DNA of 58,819 nt, filler included, from Sluysia triapertura (lineage: Eukaryota), in NCBI GenBank assembly GCA_046118255.1. It is 5 parts of 5 records of this genome, joined end to end, with 100 filler letters (N's around TTAATTAATTAA, not from the genome) between each part and the next. Parts side by side here need not be neighbours in the genome. Positions count along the whole stretch, not along the records: positions 22,474 to 34,370 come from JBJNIA010159599.1; positions 34,471 to 45,292 come from JBJNIA010193017.1; 3 more parts are not named here. The stretch is one strand, 5' to 3'. Positions 27,441 to 41,819 of this stretch are shown here, in pieces; position 1 is the first letter of the stretch; the number at the start of each line of letters is the position of its first letter. The notes below the pieces were generated by a model. The model worked only from the letters and a program-made list of their open reading frames with translations. It was not told the origin of the DNA and made no database searches. Made by a program: the position numbers and the translations under genes.

Positions 27441-29330
27441 AATCATATCAAAATTTGAAGTTAAAATTTCGAAGATTTGGATGATACAAATATGAGCTTT
27501 GGTTAGCAGTACTATCGAAATCTGAAGATTAGCGGTTTTCGGAGGTATCATTGTACAATTGTTTTATTATCTTAAATTTTTCAGGTGTGGTCAAACAAAA
27601 GGTCTGGAAAGTAAAGCGCGGTATCCAACAAAACTTATAAAAACACTTTTTTTATATGATAACTTTAGTTTTACAAATTTTAGTGAATATAATTTAGTTT
27701 TTAACGTTTTTCAATATTTTATCAAATATTTTATTAACTCGTCCATTAAGCACAAAATTTGTAACCCAAGTACCAGTTTTCAATTAACTCGGCTAAAATA
27801 TGTTTCTATTATCTTATTTTGAAGGTAAAATAGGTCATTGAACTCACCATATGTTAAAAATAGACTAATATTTAGATTATAAATATACTAAATTTTTCTT
27901 TATGTAGGTTGTACATTAAGATTACCACAATAATAATCATAATCATAATAATAATCATATTAGACATTGTGAAGAATTTCACAGACGTCATCTTTGGCGA
28001 AAGCGAAAATACAGATAATGCTCATGTTGCACAAATACCTCTAAAGTAAGTTTACTTCGGGACCGGTGTGATTCTGAATAAGAATCATATGAATAAAGTA
28101 TATTTTTTAATTCAAAACATTCTAAAATTGTATAACAATTTTATGTTAAGATTCGTTTTAAGAAAATTTTGGTCCAAAAATTAAGTCTATCTTGAACACC
28201 AAAAATACGATATATATTGTAAATAAATCATTATTTTAATTGCAGAGATAATTGAAAATGTTTTACTGGTTCAGGTAAATAAACAACACTCAAAATAAGT
28301 ATTATTAAAACAAGCAAATTTTTTATAATTACAATTATGATGATTATTATTATTGTTATTATTATTATGATTATTATTATTATTACAATTATTAATATGA
28401 TTATTATTGATTATTATNNNNNNNNNNNNNNNNNNNNNNNNNNNNNNNNNNNNNNNNNNNNNNNNNNNNNNNNNNNNNNNNNNNNNNNNNNNNNNNNNNN
28501 NNNNNNNNNNNNNNNNNNNNNNNNNNNNNNNNNNNNNNNNNNNNNNNNNNTATTGAAATTAATTAAATATAAAACTTAATAATTATCAGTGTAAAAAATT
28601 GCTTTGCTTGTCATTTTTAAAATTTTCCATTATATTTTCTTTATAATTAAGTAGAAATTTCTAAAGCAACAACATTGACATATTGTTTTGTGAGACTAAA
28701 TTATTTTTATAACAAATATAAGTGTTTCTATTTTGACAGAAGCAATTTTGGGAGAAATTATTTTAATTTTTAGCTTGAGATTTAAAACTAATTTAAGAGC
28801 TCTACCTAAATTACTAAACAGAAAATTATGATAATGCAAAATTTTAAAATGTTTTATAATTATACTAAATTATATAAATTTGGATTTGTTAAATTTGTAA
28901 ATAGTATTTAAAGTGAATTAGAGTAATTGTGGAACATTGTATGTTGTACGAACAAGTATATTCTCAACAGTTACATGGAATTTGTAGTTAAATAATTGTA
29001 ATGAATGTGTTCTATCTAGGATATAATCTTCTAATCAATGTGGGCACAATTCTGGATAAAATCATAAAATAATCTACATATTATATATATAATCTATTGA
29101 TGAGATTGGTTACGATAGTCATATTAATTTCATTTATATCAGTTGTGGTATGATGGTTTTTGACACAAAATATTAATTAGTAATCGAACTCGTCGTGTCT
29201 TTGAGAGAGATTATATTAACCCATCTCTGTTAGTAGTGAAAATTATACTTAAAATTATTTATTCGATCTTTGAGATCTAAATCCTTTTGGAATATTCGAT
29301 CTAGTGGTGTGTTTAAATTTAAGTCTAAAA

Positions 29331-29578
29331 TTTCCCCTCAATATATCGGGGTCCTTACTAAAAATTGATTTTAAGTGGATTTTAAGAAATCAAAATCGCC
29401 TTAATAATAAAACAATTTACTCTTCCATAGAACCAAAATCCGATGATTAAATCCTTTGACGAAGTTGTTCGATACCAAATTGAAATAGCACTGGTAACTT
29501 AAGCAGAATTTTCCAAAATGGCTGACTGATAAATTAAATGGCTATTTTCATTAAATTGATACTAGTTTATATACTATT
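29331..29578. repeat. Dispersed repeat with YY1-like AAATGGC motifs (copy 1; copy 2 at 34061-34370)
   Basis: Shared ends cccctcaatatatcgggg and aaatggc.attttcatt..attgat.ctagtttatatacta. Confidence 0.75.
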
Positions 29579-30349
29579 CATCAGCCATTGAAAATCGATG
29601 AAATATTCTGGAACATTCTGGAAGCTTCTATTCTATTTATAGATGGAAATTTTCTTTTTTAGAAATTTTATTTTCTTTTTTGGGAAATAAAAATTTTTAG
29701 GTATTTTTTTGACACTTAGAAATAATTTTAAAACATTTTGTGAGATTTTAAGGGTTCGTGATGGCAGACCTAGCAATACGAAATAGCATTAATAGATCAA
29801 GTATTAAATTAGATATGCAAAGGAAGAAAAACATAAAGGAATTTGAATTAAAGAAAATTAATGAGGAAATGTCAAAACAAGTTCTATTGACACAATACCA
29901 ACAAAATAATTCAAAGTTATTTCGGTTTTATTGATTATTATTAATAATTCATTATATTGTCTAAAGTTTATTAATGTAACTGTATCTGTTATATTACCTC
30001 ATTTCTTTTAAATAATTACAGACCTATATCAAATATAACACTTATCAAAATTGATTGAAAAAGCAGTTCTTAGATGAAAATAAACTTCTTACAACGTATC
30101 AATAAGCCTATCAATAAAAAGAACTAGAATAACTAGAACTGAATTGATAAAATAGTTTGGAAATAAATATTGTGAATTTAAATGTTTTATTAGTAAATAT
30201 GATTTTAATTTATATGAAAATAGGTTCTTACAACCTTTTATTATCTTAAATTTTAAAATTTCTATTTTTATATTAATGTTCAACGATTTTACGTAGAAAA
30301 ATGAATTTAAGAGTTTGTAATTGAAGAACGAAAATTTATAGACATTAAA

Positions 30350-31714
30350 GTTTCTATTCAAAACATAAAATTTAAAAATTTGGGTATTTAATAATTTCTT
30401 CGTGTCTTCAGTGCCCTTGATCATCCACGTTTGGTTATCTAAAAAGGAAATAGAAATCAAATTGTTTTCAGTGTAATAATAAAAGAAAATTACTTTGTTA
30501 TAACCATTATAATTAACGTTTTCATATATTTTCGAAATTGTTTCAATATAATTCAGCAAGTTCGTAAGTCTAAACAAGTGATCCATGCAAGAAAAGCGTT
30601 CGGCTCCTTGATTCACTAGTTGATTGACCGTATGTGCATATAAACAATTGGTTCCGAATTTCATACACTCACCATTTAGGACACTATTATATGGGTAAAA
30701 TGCCATATTAATCCTTTATTGGAATATTTATGAAACATTGAGTTGCTAGGAAACGATGGAATATATATTATATTCTTGGATATAAGACAATGACAATTAG
30801 AAGTAATAGTATCATGACAAAGAAAGCATTTTAGAATCTTCTTTACGTTTTCCTTTTTATTCAGTATATAATTCAGATATATTTATTAGTAGAAGTTTGT
30901 CTGAAATTAAATTCAAGCCCGTATTCATTGATCTTGTTATAAACATTTGGATGATATCTGTGTTTAGAAGGTTATCCTCTTTAAATCGTATATCGGCCAT
31001 AAGCATTCTTTTACCAGTAACAGAATAACCGTAAACTATACAAAAAATCATTGGTGCGAGCTCTACACTTGCTTCCATTCGGAAACTCGACATTCCTTGG
31101 ATCATCTCAAATTCATCTTTATAATTTTCAAATAGTTCTGCACTAATCGACATCGTAATTTCATGAAAGGCTTACTCTTTTACATCTTCATTTAATCTTG
31201 TCACTTTTATATTCAAACGACATTGAAAAAATATAATGATAGAGTTGTCCGTGATTAATCTCATTCTATTTCCGGAACTGATGATGAGAATTTGCGAATT
31301 ACAAACTTTACTTTTCGTGACTTCGAATATATTTTCATAGGAATGTGTAGGAGTAATGGTTTGTTATATTTTGATTAGCAATTCTTTTTGAAAAATTAAG
31401 ATCGCACATAGAATGGAGGACAAACAAATAAATATTAAAAATGTTGATCTCATCAATTTTTTCTGGAATACAATTGGATGAGCTTTTTCGTCGTCATGAT
31501 TATAATGTTCTTGATCATTGTTACATGTATTTAATAAAATGCTTTTATTTAGTGGAGTGGTAATTTCCAACTCAGTTGTAGAAGTCATTGTATTCATGTT
31601 CATAGGTCCGATTGTTCGAGAAGTATGGTCAATAGTTGATACTCGTTTTACGAAACGTTTGTCTATTATTAAATCTAAATAATCTGTTGTCTTTACTTTG
31701 TGATAAAAATGCAT
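30350..31714 (-). pseudogene. Type-II membrane protein with SEA-like domain, interrupted
   Basis: TM FLIFICLSSILCAILIF, then FQCRLNI..SAELFENYKDEFE..LAPMIFCIVYGYS..MLMADIRFKE, resembling an SEA module. In-frame stops split it into three ORFs. Confidence 0.4.
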
Positions 31715-31951
31715 CGAAAATTGTACTTTTTCGTTTAATAATTACAATATTAGCAATCATCTAATTTATTCATTAATTATAAAATATAAAAGTTATTTCA
31801 TATAATTGTTTGCTGTAATTCTAATTTCTAATTCTTTAATTTTTTAAACATCAAATAGTTGTAGTACGTTTCTCCAAAATATTTGAAAAATCAATGACGA
31901 AAAATTTTTTTTGCACACTACTATGTCCTCACAATGATTTTACATTAGCTG

Positions 31952-31997
31952 CCCAACCAGAGTAATATAAATAATGAAGAGAGCTACTCCGGTTGGA
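31952..31997. promoter_or_regulatory. Imperfect inverted repeat related to 23639-23688
   Basis: CCCAACCAGAGTA-N20-TACTCCGGTTGGA, about 240 bp upstream of the minus-strand ORF start at 31714. Confidence 0.4.
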
Positions 31998-32133
31998 CAA
32001 CCAGTAATAACACACATTATTTTTACGTTACAAGTCAACCACTCTCAATGGTTGATAGTGGTAATCACTGATTAAATAACGAAATTAAATTAAAAATGAT
32101 AAAAATAAAAGTGAAAATAATAATAACAACAAT

Positions 32134-32171
<38 letters not shown>

Positions 32172-32357
32172 GTTGTTGTTGTTATTATTATTATAAATAC
32201 ATAAATTCTTTGAAATCTTACACGAACTTTCTTTATTTCTTTTATTTCTGGACATATGACACACTTAACCGACTAAATAATATAATTTTAATTTTAATAA
32301 AAAAATAATCGAGTGTATAATAAAAGTTAATTTTTTATAATAACTAATTTAAATTTG

Positions 32358-32540
32358 ATTCAAAAGATCTTTTTAGATCGCATTCAAATTATTTGAAAAT
32401 ATAATCTCGCTAATATTAGCAGACATACATAATTGAAAGCATTACCTTTTGACTTCCACTACTTTCCATTCTCCTTAATGCTGACATCTGTGCATCGGCC
32501 CTTAAGTGTGCAAGGCCGGCGTCATAGAAGACTCATAAAC
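32358..32540. repeat. Dispersed hairpin-core repeat (copy 2)
   Basis: Homologous to 25777-25950, including ttcaaaa.atctttttagatc and taatctcgc. Confidence 0.85.
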
Positions 32541-32779
32541 ATTATAATTAAATCTTTTATCAAATTCTCACAAAAAACGAAAACAATGGGCATTTCATTA
32601 CTGTTATGACAGAAGAGGAATTACAGTCAGGGAACAGAACGCCACTCTATTAGATATATATAAAATGATTATACCTATAAGCTTAAAGAGGTTGGTGAAC
32701 TAGTATCTATGAACGGTATCTAATAAAAATAACGCCGTTCAAGGTTTATGAAAAAAGTACAGAATAAATAAAAGCCTAA

Positions 32780-33060
32780 TGTGTTATTGGAATAAATAGC
32801 CCGATCACCTTCAATTATCTATTAAGTTCATATAATTCGGATCAATTGTCAGGATTCATTGATAGATATTTGGTTCCCTATTTTAGGCAAAATCCGAATA
32901 AATCTGAGTAATGCCAGATTTCATAAATTTGAGTCTACCTTGACTTTTTTAAGAAGCAACATCCACTTTGAATTTCTTGTTCCTTATTCCTCGGAACTGA
33001 ATTTATTTAGTTTCTGTGACCTTGAAGGTCATTTTCTTGTAGAAATTATTAAGGCCTTGA
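32780..33060 (+). mobile_element. IS630/Tc1-family DDE transposase remnant
   Basis: SYNSDQLSGFIDRYLVPYFRQNPNK, NARFHK and FEFLVPYSSELNL match the DNARFHK / FLPPYSPELNPIE motifs. Confidence 0.75.
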
Positions 33061-33562
33061 GGACTTTAAAATAATTATTATTTTTTATGTAAATATTATT
33101 ATTATTATTAATTTAATATTATCACTATTTAAAATCATTATTATATTATCATTATAATTACATTATAAAATCATCATTTGCTAATACTTTATTAACTAAT
33201 ATATTTTACACCTTGACGATCATATACCTACTAGCATGCATACTCTATGTAATAAGTCTTGAATTGCAGTTGAACTCATTAAAATTATTTATTTTGCTTT
33301 ATAATTAAGTTTAAGAAAATTCATGTAATAAGTGAAACTTTTTATACATCGTTTATGGAAAAAGTTTTATTATTGAAATAATAAATATTTCATAAAATTC
33401 TTCTTTGATATATATGAAAAAATATTATATTCTAATTGGTTTTAAATACTTACTTCACATGAGAGCCATTTTAAATTAATATATTGTTATTGTTGGTGAA
33501 TTACTAAAAATAACTAATATAAATAATTTAGAATATCCATTTAAAATTGAAACTACCAAGAT

Positions 33563-33568
33563 AATAAT

Positions 33569-33630
<62 letters not shown>
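33563..33630. repeat. (AAT)n microsatellite; similar tracts at about 22317-22373, 28340-28417, 32136-32193, 37416-37475, 54630-54668, 57455-57524
   Basis: Seen directly. Confidence 0.95.
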
Positions 33631-33631
<1 letters not shown>

Positions 33632-34060
33632 GTTAGAAAAAAATATTAAGAGCGATATAATAATATTAATGATAAAAAAATAATAGCATAATAATAATTA
33701 TAGTGCTGTGGTTTTTATTGATACTTAAATCTAAACTTACGGCAAAATGAAAAATTCAGCAGGGTCTGGTTACAGTAAGCGTCTTATCCCGTAACAATAT
33801 AAGTTATGAAAAACGTAGTAACCTAAACTGACATTTTAAATATGTGAGGATCAAATTATAATGATTTAAGGTTCAATTATTAAATAAAGTCTCAAACGTC
33901 TAATGAATTTTTACTTGAAAAATTACAAAAATCAAATAACTAAAATTGTTTATAGAATAAAAATACAAATAGACGGAAAAAGCAAAAATCTCAATAGTTT
34001 ATTTTAATGTTAAAACTCTCTTGAACCTTTAACTTATTTAATTATGATTTTGAACTGTAT

Positions 34061-34370
34061 TTTACCCCTCAATATATCGGGGAAACCTTAAAATTAACTA
34101 AAAATAATAATATTTTAAGTAAAGTTTAGGATATTAACTTCCTTAAATAAAGAAAATATCATATCTTAAGAAAAACAAATTACTTTATTCATGAACATTA
34201 AATATTGATTGTTGTCTAAAATTTCCAAATCGAATTCTGGTGACTATTGACGGATTGTAAGCAATGATTCTCCAAAAATTGTTTTCCAGCGATTTAAAAA
34301 ATGATACCAATTTCAAAATGGCGCTGTGCAAATGGCGATTTTCATTGTATTGATGCTAGTTTATATACTA
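34061..34370. repeat. Dispersed repeat with YY1-like motifs (copy 2)
   Basis: caaaatggcgctgtgcaaatggcgatttt; homologous to 29331-29578; runs into a gap. Confidence 0.75.
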
Positions 34371-36594
34371 NNNNNNNNNNNNNNNNNNNNNNNNNNNNNN
34401 NNNNNNNNNNNNNNTTAATTAATTAANNNNNNNNNNNNNNNNNNNNNNNNNNNNNNNNNNNNNNNNNNNNACGCCATAGGTAAGTCGTATACTGTAAACG
34501 GACTCATAATAATTAATTATTTTGCTGTAGGTAAGTCTTTAGGTTAAGAAAAGAACCCAGCAATATTAACTAAATTAAAGAAAAATTTTTATGACAAACC
34601 AAGGGTGACGCAACTAAAAAATACACTAAAAAATTCGAAAGGGAGATTTTCCGAATTAAAATTTAAAATATTAATAGAAACAGAATTTAATGGGGAATCA
34701 CTCAAAATATATTTCAACACAAAATTGATCGGAGAATCTCCCAAAATATATTTTAATACTTTACAAAATTAACGGAGAATTTCAAAAAAAATATTTCAAA
34801 ACAATGCAAAAATATAAATGAGAGAGAGCTTTTCAAAAATCAATTTATAAATAACTTTTTTATTCTTCAAGTCGCTTCTTATCAATTAGTTTTAGTTAGA
34901 AGGTAGTTAACTTGTTTCAGTAATGATTGAATAATATGACCCTAATTAAGAAGCATTAATTTTTTAGATAAAGTATTAGCTTATGTGGTTACAGAAAAGC
35001 CTCTTAACGGCATAAGACTTTGCTCAAAAACATTTTGCCGCAGGTTAAGTGTTAGGAAAATCACAGCAATAGGCACTAAATGCAGTAGAAACTTTAAATT
35101 GGCGCTGTTAAATACAAATTATTAATTATTATTTTATTAAATAATTTTATGAAAAAATTTTTAGAAAAAACCCAATTTTTAAAAAATATTTTATGTTGTT
35201 TCCCCTAATTCAACTTTTTAAAAATATTGAATTTCGAAATATTCGACATTAATAATTTTTACACTTTTCCTAAAATTTTGATTCTTTCTATTTATGTATT
35301 AATAAAGTAACACTTTTTACTTAGCAACATTAATAATTGTTTAAGTGTACTGATGAAATCTATTTATAAGCGAGTTATAATTTGAATTAGATTTAGAAAT
35401 CTGTGAATATTATTTTAAAATGCGCTGTCGTTTATGTTACATTTATGATTTATAATCATAATTGGATTTACTTGGTCGCTAATATTAGGTTAAAAGTAAG
35501 TTACATTTGTCTCTAAATAATGATTAAATTTTTATCACTTACTACTAAAACTGATGAGTGTATTTATAATAGATTTTCGTACATTTTGTTTCACAATAGC
35601 ATTTTATTTTAGAAAATACATTATTTCAGAAAAGTGTTAAAATTATACAGTTTTATTTTTTAATGTATTTTACGAATTTTTAATTTAAATTAATACTTTA
35701 ATCTGGAAATTCGTACAAACTTCAAATAATATCTTTAGATTAACTGTAGCCACAGATAGTTGCTTGAGTCATCTGATGACACCGTGACGTGTTTCAACTA
35801 AATTGTCATTACATCATCGATGCGTGTCATCTATAACTGATGTCTCAACAAACAGCACACGCTTTAGTGAAGACTGTGTCATTCCAGAAGAATATTAAGA
35901 TTAAAACTTTAGTAAGTACAAGATTTGTGGGAGAAGTAAATTAAATATAGATTTTACAAATGTTAATTATTGTATTTATTAATTTTATAAGCGAATACGA
36001 TACAAATATGCACATTTCTGCACAATAAAGTGTTATATTTTAGAAAAAAGCGCATAATACTGACGACTTATACATTTTCAGGAGTTTGATCCGATAATTT
36101 ATTTATTTCACCTATCTATTGTAAGTAGTAACAAATATAATGGACCAATCAAGATCGGTTTTAGTTGCCTTGGAAAATAATGGGAAATTTAACAATTGAG
36201 CAGTTTCACATAATCACTACTAAGATTGTCGTCCAAGTCGACTGGAAATGGTGAAGTGGATCTTATTTTCTCATTCAGTTATTATCATATTAGATGATGA
36301 TGACGAAATAATTTTCGTGTTGTAGCGATCAGACGAATTCTGAAGAGAGCATTTCATTATCTGGCTGCATTAATTTTCAACAGCTCAAAGAAAATCATAG
36401 TTTTCTGCCTATGTTAAACTTATCCACATTCAAGAACAGTGTACAAAGTACTCATTTTTATTATGTTGTCATAAAAATTGGAGTAGAATTAACATGGCGA
36501 TGATTTATTTACTTTTGATTGAGAAAGATGCAGGCAATACAAATAAATTGTCTTCTATTTCGATATTTTGAATTATCAAAATATTAATTTAAAA

Positions 36595-36825
36595 CATGAC
36601 ACCGTAACTAGCCTCTGACGGGCCCTGTGCAAGATATTAAATTCGGGTCCCTTTGTAGCACCAAAAGAACAATTATATTTGTAACGAACAGTAAGCATGT
36701 TCAAAAGGTATGCAGATTCACGGATTAGAAAACGGATTATAAGAATATTGTCAGCATACATAAATTTTCGGTAACCTTCTAAGTGCTCCTCTGAGGCCTG
36801 GGCCCTGTGTAGGTGCACATATTTT
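36595..36825. mobile_element. hAT-like MITE remnant inside a decayed minus-strand ORF
   Basis: Begins ..ccgtaactagcc..gggccctgtgca and has a second gggccctgtgtaggtgcac; GC-rich island typical of CAGTGGCGTAACTAG-type MITEs. Right TIR not found. Confidence 0.45.
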
Positions 36826-37413
36826 ACTTAACTATTTAATTGATTCATTTGAAATAGCCATACAGTGATATTCAATAAAGAATCGTCCGTTGAAGACGTA
36901 ATCTCCTTGGCAACGAATTTGTCGTTCCAGAAGATATAAAAAACATGCTTATTTATTTTATAGCAATTAAGTGTTTTTGTACGCAGTGAAGAGTGTGAAG
37001 AGTTTACCGGAACCAGTAAGACATTTGTAAGATTATTTCGACTGTCATTATTACTTAAGAAGAATTCAATTGTTTTATAAACTAAGAATAACTTTGTCAA
37101 TAAAATAGTAGTCATGCCAAATAAAGGGTTGTTTATGCAATTCTAATGATGATTTATTGTTTTTTTATAGAAAATTAAATAATTGTATTTATTAATAGAT
37201 ATTCATTAAGTCATAATAGATATTTATTCCCATTTTAATCTTTTTAGTTTTCTATTTATTCATTTAATCTTATCTCCATTTAGCATTCGCAATTTCTTAA
37301 TTTTCTCATTCATAATCCGTTCATTTTCTTTACTAACCAGCCACGATTCATATTTAATTTTTTAAATGAAACAAATTTATATTTTGTGACTGACTATTAT
37401 TTATAATTATCTA

Positions 37414-37475
<62 letters not shown>

Positions 37476-39652
37476 TCAATTTTGCACTTATAAGAAAAAT
37501 CATTTTTTATGTTGAATATGATCTTTGTTTATCTATAGATATTGACATTCTTTTTTGATAAGTAATAAAGTTGATAATTAAAATTTTATAAATGATTTTT
37601 TGTTTTTTTCATAGATATTCGATTTACAATCTCAATGTCCCAATCGATACATCTATCGTAGCATAAAAAATAAGGCCAAATTTAGATTACCAAACTGATA
37701 AGTCGATAAGAAATCTTGTAATGAATACGATAAATATATGTGAATTTACGTTTTTAAATTGAATATTCTAAAATATAAAGTATTTTATTACATTTCTTCA
37801 ATTTTTAAATTCATTTTATTTTAGCATTTAAAAAAGTTTAAGTATTAATTTAATAGTTCATTTAGTTTGGAGCCATTGAGCAATTAATTATTGTAACATG
37901 AGGCGATGCATAAAATCAACAGTAACATATGTTAGATGGAACTTAGGATAGATGATATAAGTGGTCATTGAATATAATTATTTAATCATCGTGGACGAAT
38001 AAGTTATAAAATGAAATTAATCATGCATAAATTGAAGAATTATCTCGATAAATAATCACACTACTCACAAGCGGCATTTTAATTAATTCAGTATCAAGTA
38101 GTATTGTTGGATATTTAATAATGGCGGCCATTTGTTTAATGTTTAATATTAAATAACTTGGGATCATTTTTGATATTAATCTTGCTTGAATATTCACGAT
38201 AACATATGTTACACAACAATTCATTTTTCTTGTTTATCATTTTTCAATTTGTACTTCTCAAATAATCAACATGTAATTGTATTCTGTAAATTATTAGCTT
38301 ATTAATTTTATTATTTAAACCGCCAACAAAAGTACAAAATAAAGATTCATTTAAACAAATATAATTAATTTAAAAATTACTGTTTCAAATTTTAACAAAA
38401 TTAAATAATTCACGAGCTTTAATTAATTGAATTAAGGACAATGGAAAAATAATGATAATTGAATATGTTAAGGTACACACGAATTTAGGCACGTGTGTAT
38501 ACTATCGTGGAGCATTCGATAAATAATGATAAATATGATGCTTTAGACAAGCAATAAATAAACTGAAACAACGATGACTCATCACAATTCAGTTTGTTTT
38601 TTGGAAACTTATTTGACATATTTTTAATGGCAGGATAAATATATATGTACACTGGATACAGTGTTGCTTCCATCAGAAAATATTATATCGTTATCATATT
38701 TGAAGATTAAAGTATTTACTCAAAAATTGTTAATCTTTGTTTTAATAATACCTATTGCATTAAATACACTCGATAATTTATGTTACAAATATTATAACCG
38801 TTTTTACGGTTAATTTGTCCTTGAGGATTACGAATTTTATTGATTGATAATGTAATCGAGCCAAATAAATCAGTTATGTAATTAAAAGTAACTATAATTA
38901 TGTAATAATAAATAAAATAAACAATTGAAAATAATTATGGGTTTCAAAATTGATGATGATCATGCCCAAGTGAATTTGTATTAATAAAGTTGTGATATTT
39001 CGTTGTTTGACTGAATTAAAATATAAATATTAAACATTGTTTATTTCGTAATCGTATTATCATTATCATTGTCATTGTTATTGTAGAATATAGTGTTGTT
39101 ACTTAATCGTAGTAATACGATATGTGTATGACCTAATTTTGTGTTATTTATATCGATTTAATAATGATACGACTTATCATCGTCTGAGTCACCCGAACCA
39201 CCCTAAGAATCTCACTTTCCATCTTATTGATGTTATATAATTTAAGTCGTCGTTCATTATATTTCTTTTGAAGCATATTTAATATTATCCATTGTTATTC
39301 GCCACGTGTTTCGGGTCCACAATATTCCAAGTAATTTATGATATTTGAGTTTTATAAATCCGTTTTAATTGTAATATCAATCTGGAAATTGTTATTAGTA
39401 CCGTTTATTTATCCAAATATGGTTTATTTATTCAGTGCTGTTAAGTTTCTAAGTGACAGTGACATTGATGATGATGATTATTATTATATTCTAATATCTG
39501 GACGTAGCATTCACACTTTTTGATACATTAATTGTGTTAAGAATCATAATAATAATAATTATTATAATTATAATTATATAAAAATAAACATCAACATTAG
39601 TTTCGTAGATGTTAATTATTCGATTAGAGAGTTACAAATAGGACATCCCCCA

Positions 39653-40643
39653 ATTTTTGATGATATACAAACACAATTTATATTATAACAAATTAACAAT
39701 ACAATTTAATAAATAAAACACGAAAAAAATATTACTTATTTATAGTTTCCAATTTTAGTACATTTAATTATTATTATATTGCATTTAGTTAAATAAATTT
39801 TGTTTCAAAAGTATAATAAGACACATTATGCAAACTTTTTATTTAAGAGACTATACAACGTATTGTACAAAATTAGTATTTTATTGATGTTCCTGAGTTT
39901 TAAATGCCTCTTCTACACACCTTTTCCCGATCATCCAATATTTCATGTTTTAACTCAGGAAAATGGAAAGATTGCAAGTATTTCCAAAAAGTTAAGCAGA
40001 TCAAGACATGCGAAAAATACAACATTGTCTACAACTCGCATAATGCCAATCTTAGCGCTAAACTGCAGTAAAGCAACAGTATGGAGAATATTAAAAAATA
40101 GTGGTGAGGTCGAATTCATTAAAATGCTCACTAAACCTCCACTTACTGATGCTCAATATAGCAAGAATTAACTTTGCCGAAAATCATATTAATAACCACA
40201 CTGACTGACCAAGATAATATTCTCAGATGAGAAGAAATTTAATTTGGACGGTCCTGATGGTTATAAATATTACTGGCATTATCTAATGGATTCAAAAGAA
40301 ATATTTTCTACTAGAATTTGTAATAGAGGATCAGTTAGGGTATGTGATGCCATAGTTCCGTTTGTCAAACTTCAAGAAAATATCAATGTCATCTTTCAGC
40401 AGGATAACGCTCCTTGTCATCGATCTAAAACTACACTTAATAAGTTCAGTGAAGATGGATACTTTTGAAACGAAATTTATTTAACTAAATACAATATAGT
40501 AATGAAAAGGGTACTAAAATTGGAAACTATAAATAAGTAATGTTAGTTTATTCGTGTTTTATTTATTAAATAGTAGTGTTATAATATAAATGGTATTTGT
40601 GTTATAATATGAAATATGTTTGTTTCATATGTCATCGAAAAAA
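39653..40643 (+). mobile_element. Tc3/Tc1-like DNA transposon, internally deleted, with ~160-180-bp TIRs
   Basis: [47 protein letters not shown]. 39653-39814 is the reverse complement of 40459-40643, e.g. ttacttatttatagtttccaatttt versus aaaattggaaactataaataagtaa. Confidence 0.92.
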
Positions 40644-41819
40644 GCATTATCGAAATAAACTATACTTTGAGTCATTCGTTTGCCAATGAAGTCTTGCTCT
40701 CGCTCCAATACTTTATCTGACGAATGTTTGCTCTTCTGTATTTCTTTAATTATTGCCAAATAATAATTGATGAATCTAAATATCTAATCACAAATATTAC
40801 AATAATAATACTCTTCGGCGTGTGGCAAATCTTTTCGTTTCCCTTCAATAAGAAATTCCATGTATTCCTTAATTATTCGAGAAATTACATATAATATAAA
40901 TTATATTATATTATAAATAATTTAAAACAAAATAGCATGTCATATGATCTCATTATTTTAATGGTTGTATTTTATTTATAGAACAAACTTTGAAATGTGT
41001 CCCAAAAATAGGACATTTCGTTCAAAAATGCTAGCTCTGTTCAAAAATGATTGTCTTAACAATATAAGATGACAATATAATGTCATTTGTTTATGGACAA
41101 TAAAGAATGAAAAAAATAATAAAATAATTTTTGGGAATTATAATAAGTTTATAATAATTTTATAAAAATTTCCAATTTTTGACTGTTATTTTCTTTTCAG
41201 TCCAAATATCTTTAAATCATGGAAATCAAACATTGTGAAGTAACGAGGAGAGAAATTTATGTGACGAGGAGAGAAATGCCATCGTATAACACTTCTAACA
41301 ATAGGAAATTGCCAAAAGGAACGAATAACATGCTATTTGGAAGTAATGTATTACGAGATATGTAATAATATAATTTATAGTTATATATATTCATAAATAA
41401 AAAAGTTATCTAAAGTGAAATTGATGTTAATAAAACTAACGATACAATCATTTTTGAACGGAGGTACATTTAAATGGTATATCTTTGAAAATTGCACAAG
41501 AAAGGTTTCATTGTTCCATGCTTCATGATAATTTTTATTCCGTTGACGGAATCAGAAAAAGTTAGATAAATTAAAAGCAAATAAAAATTAACGACTACGA
41601 TCTGCACTAAACGACCTAGGCAAAACTTTTCCTTATGTTCTCGAAAAAATAAAATACAAAGATTCTTAGTAAAAAGATTCTAACCAGATTTCTTTTTAAT
41701 AAAATATTTACGATATTTTCTTTGAATATTTGATCAATTTCCGGAATTCTTCCAGCCTAAATTAATTAATAATCAATTATAACATTATTTTTCATTATTA
41801 TTTCATCATAAGTACACCT

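Noticed and set aside
32096-32308. Poly-Tyr/Ile ORFs (also 28337-28579 and gap-spanning ORFs near 44893-45229)
   Set aside because: Translations of microsatellites or N-runs.
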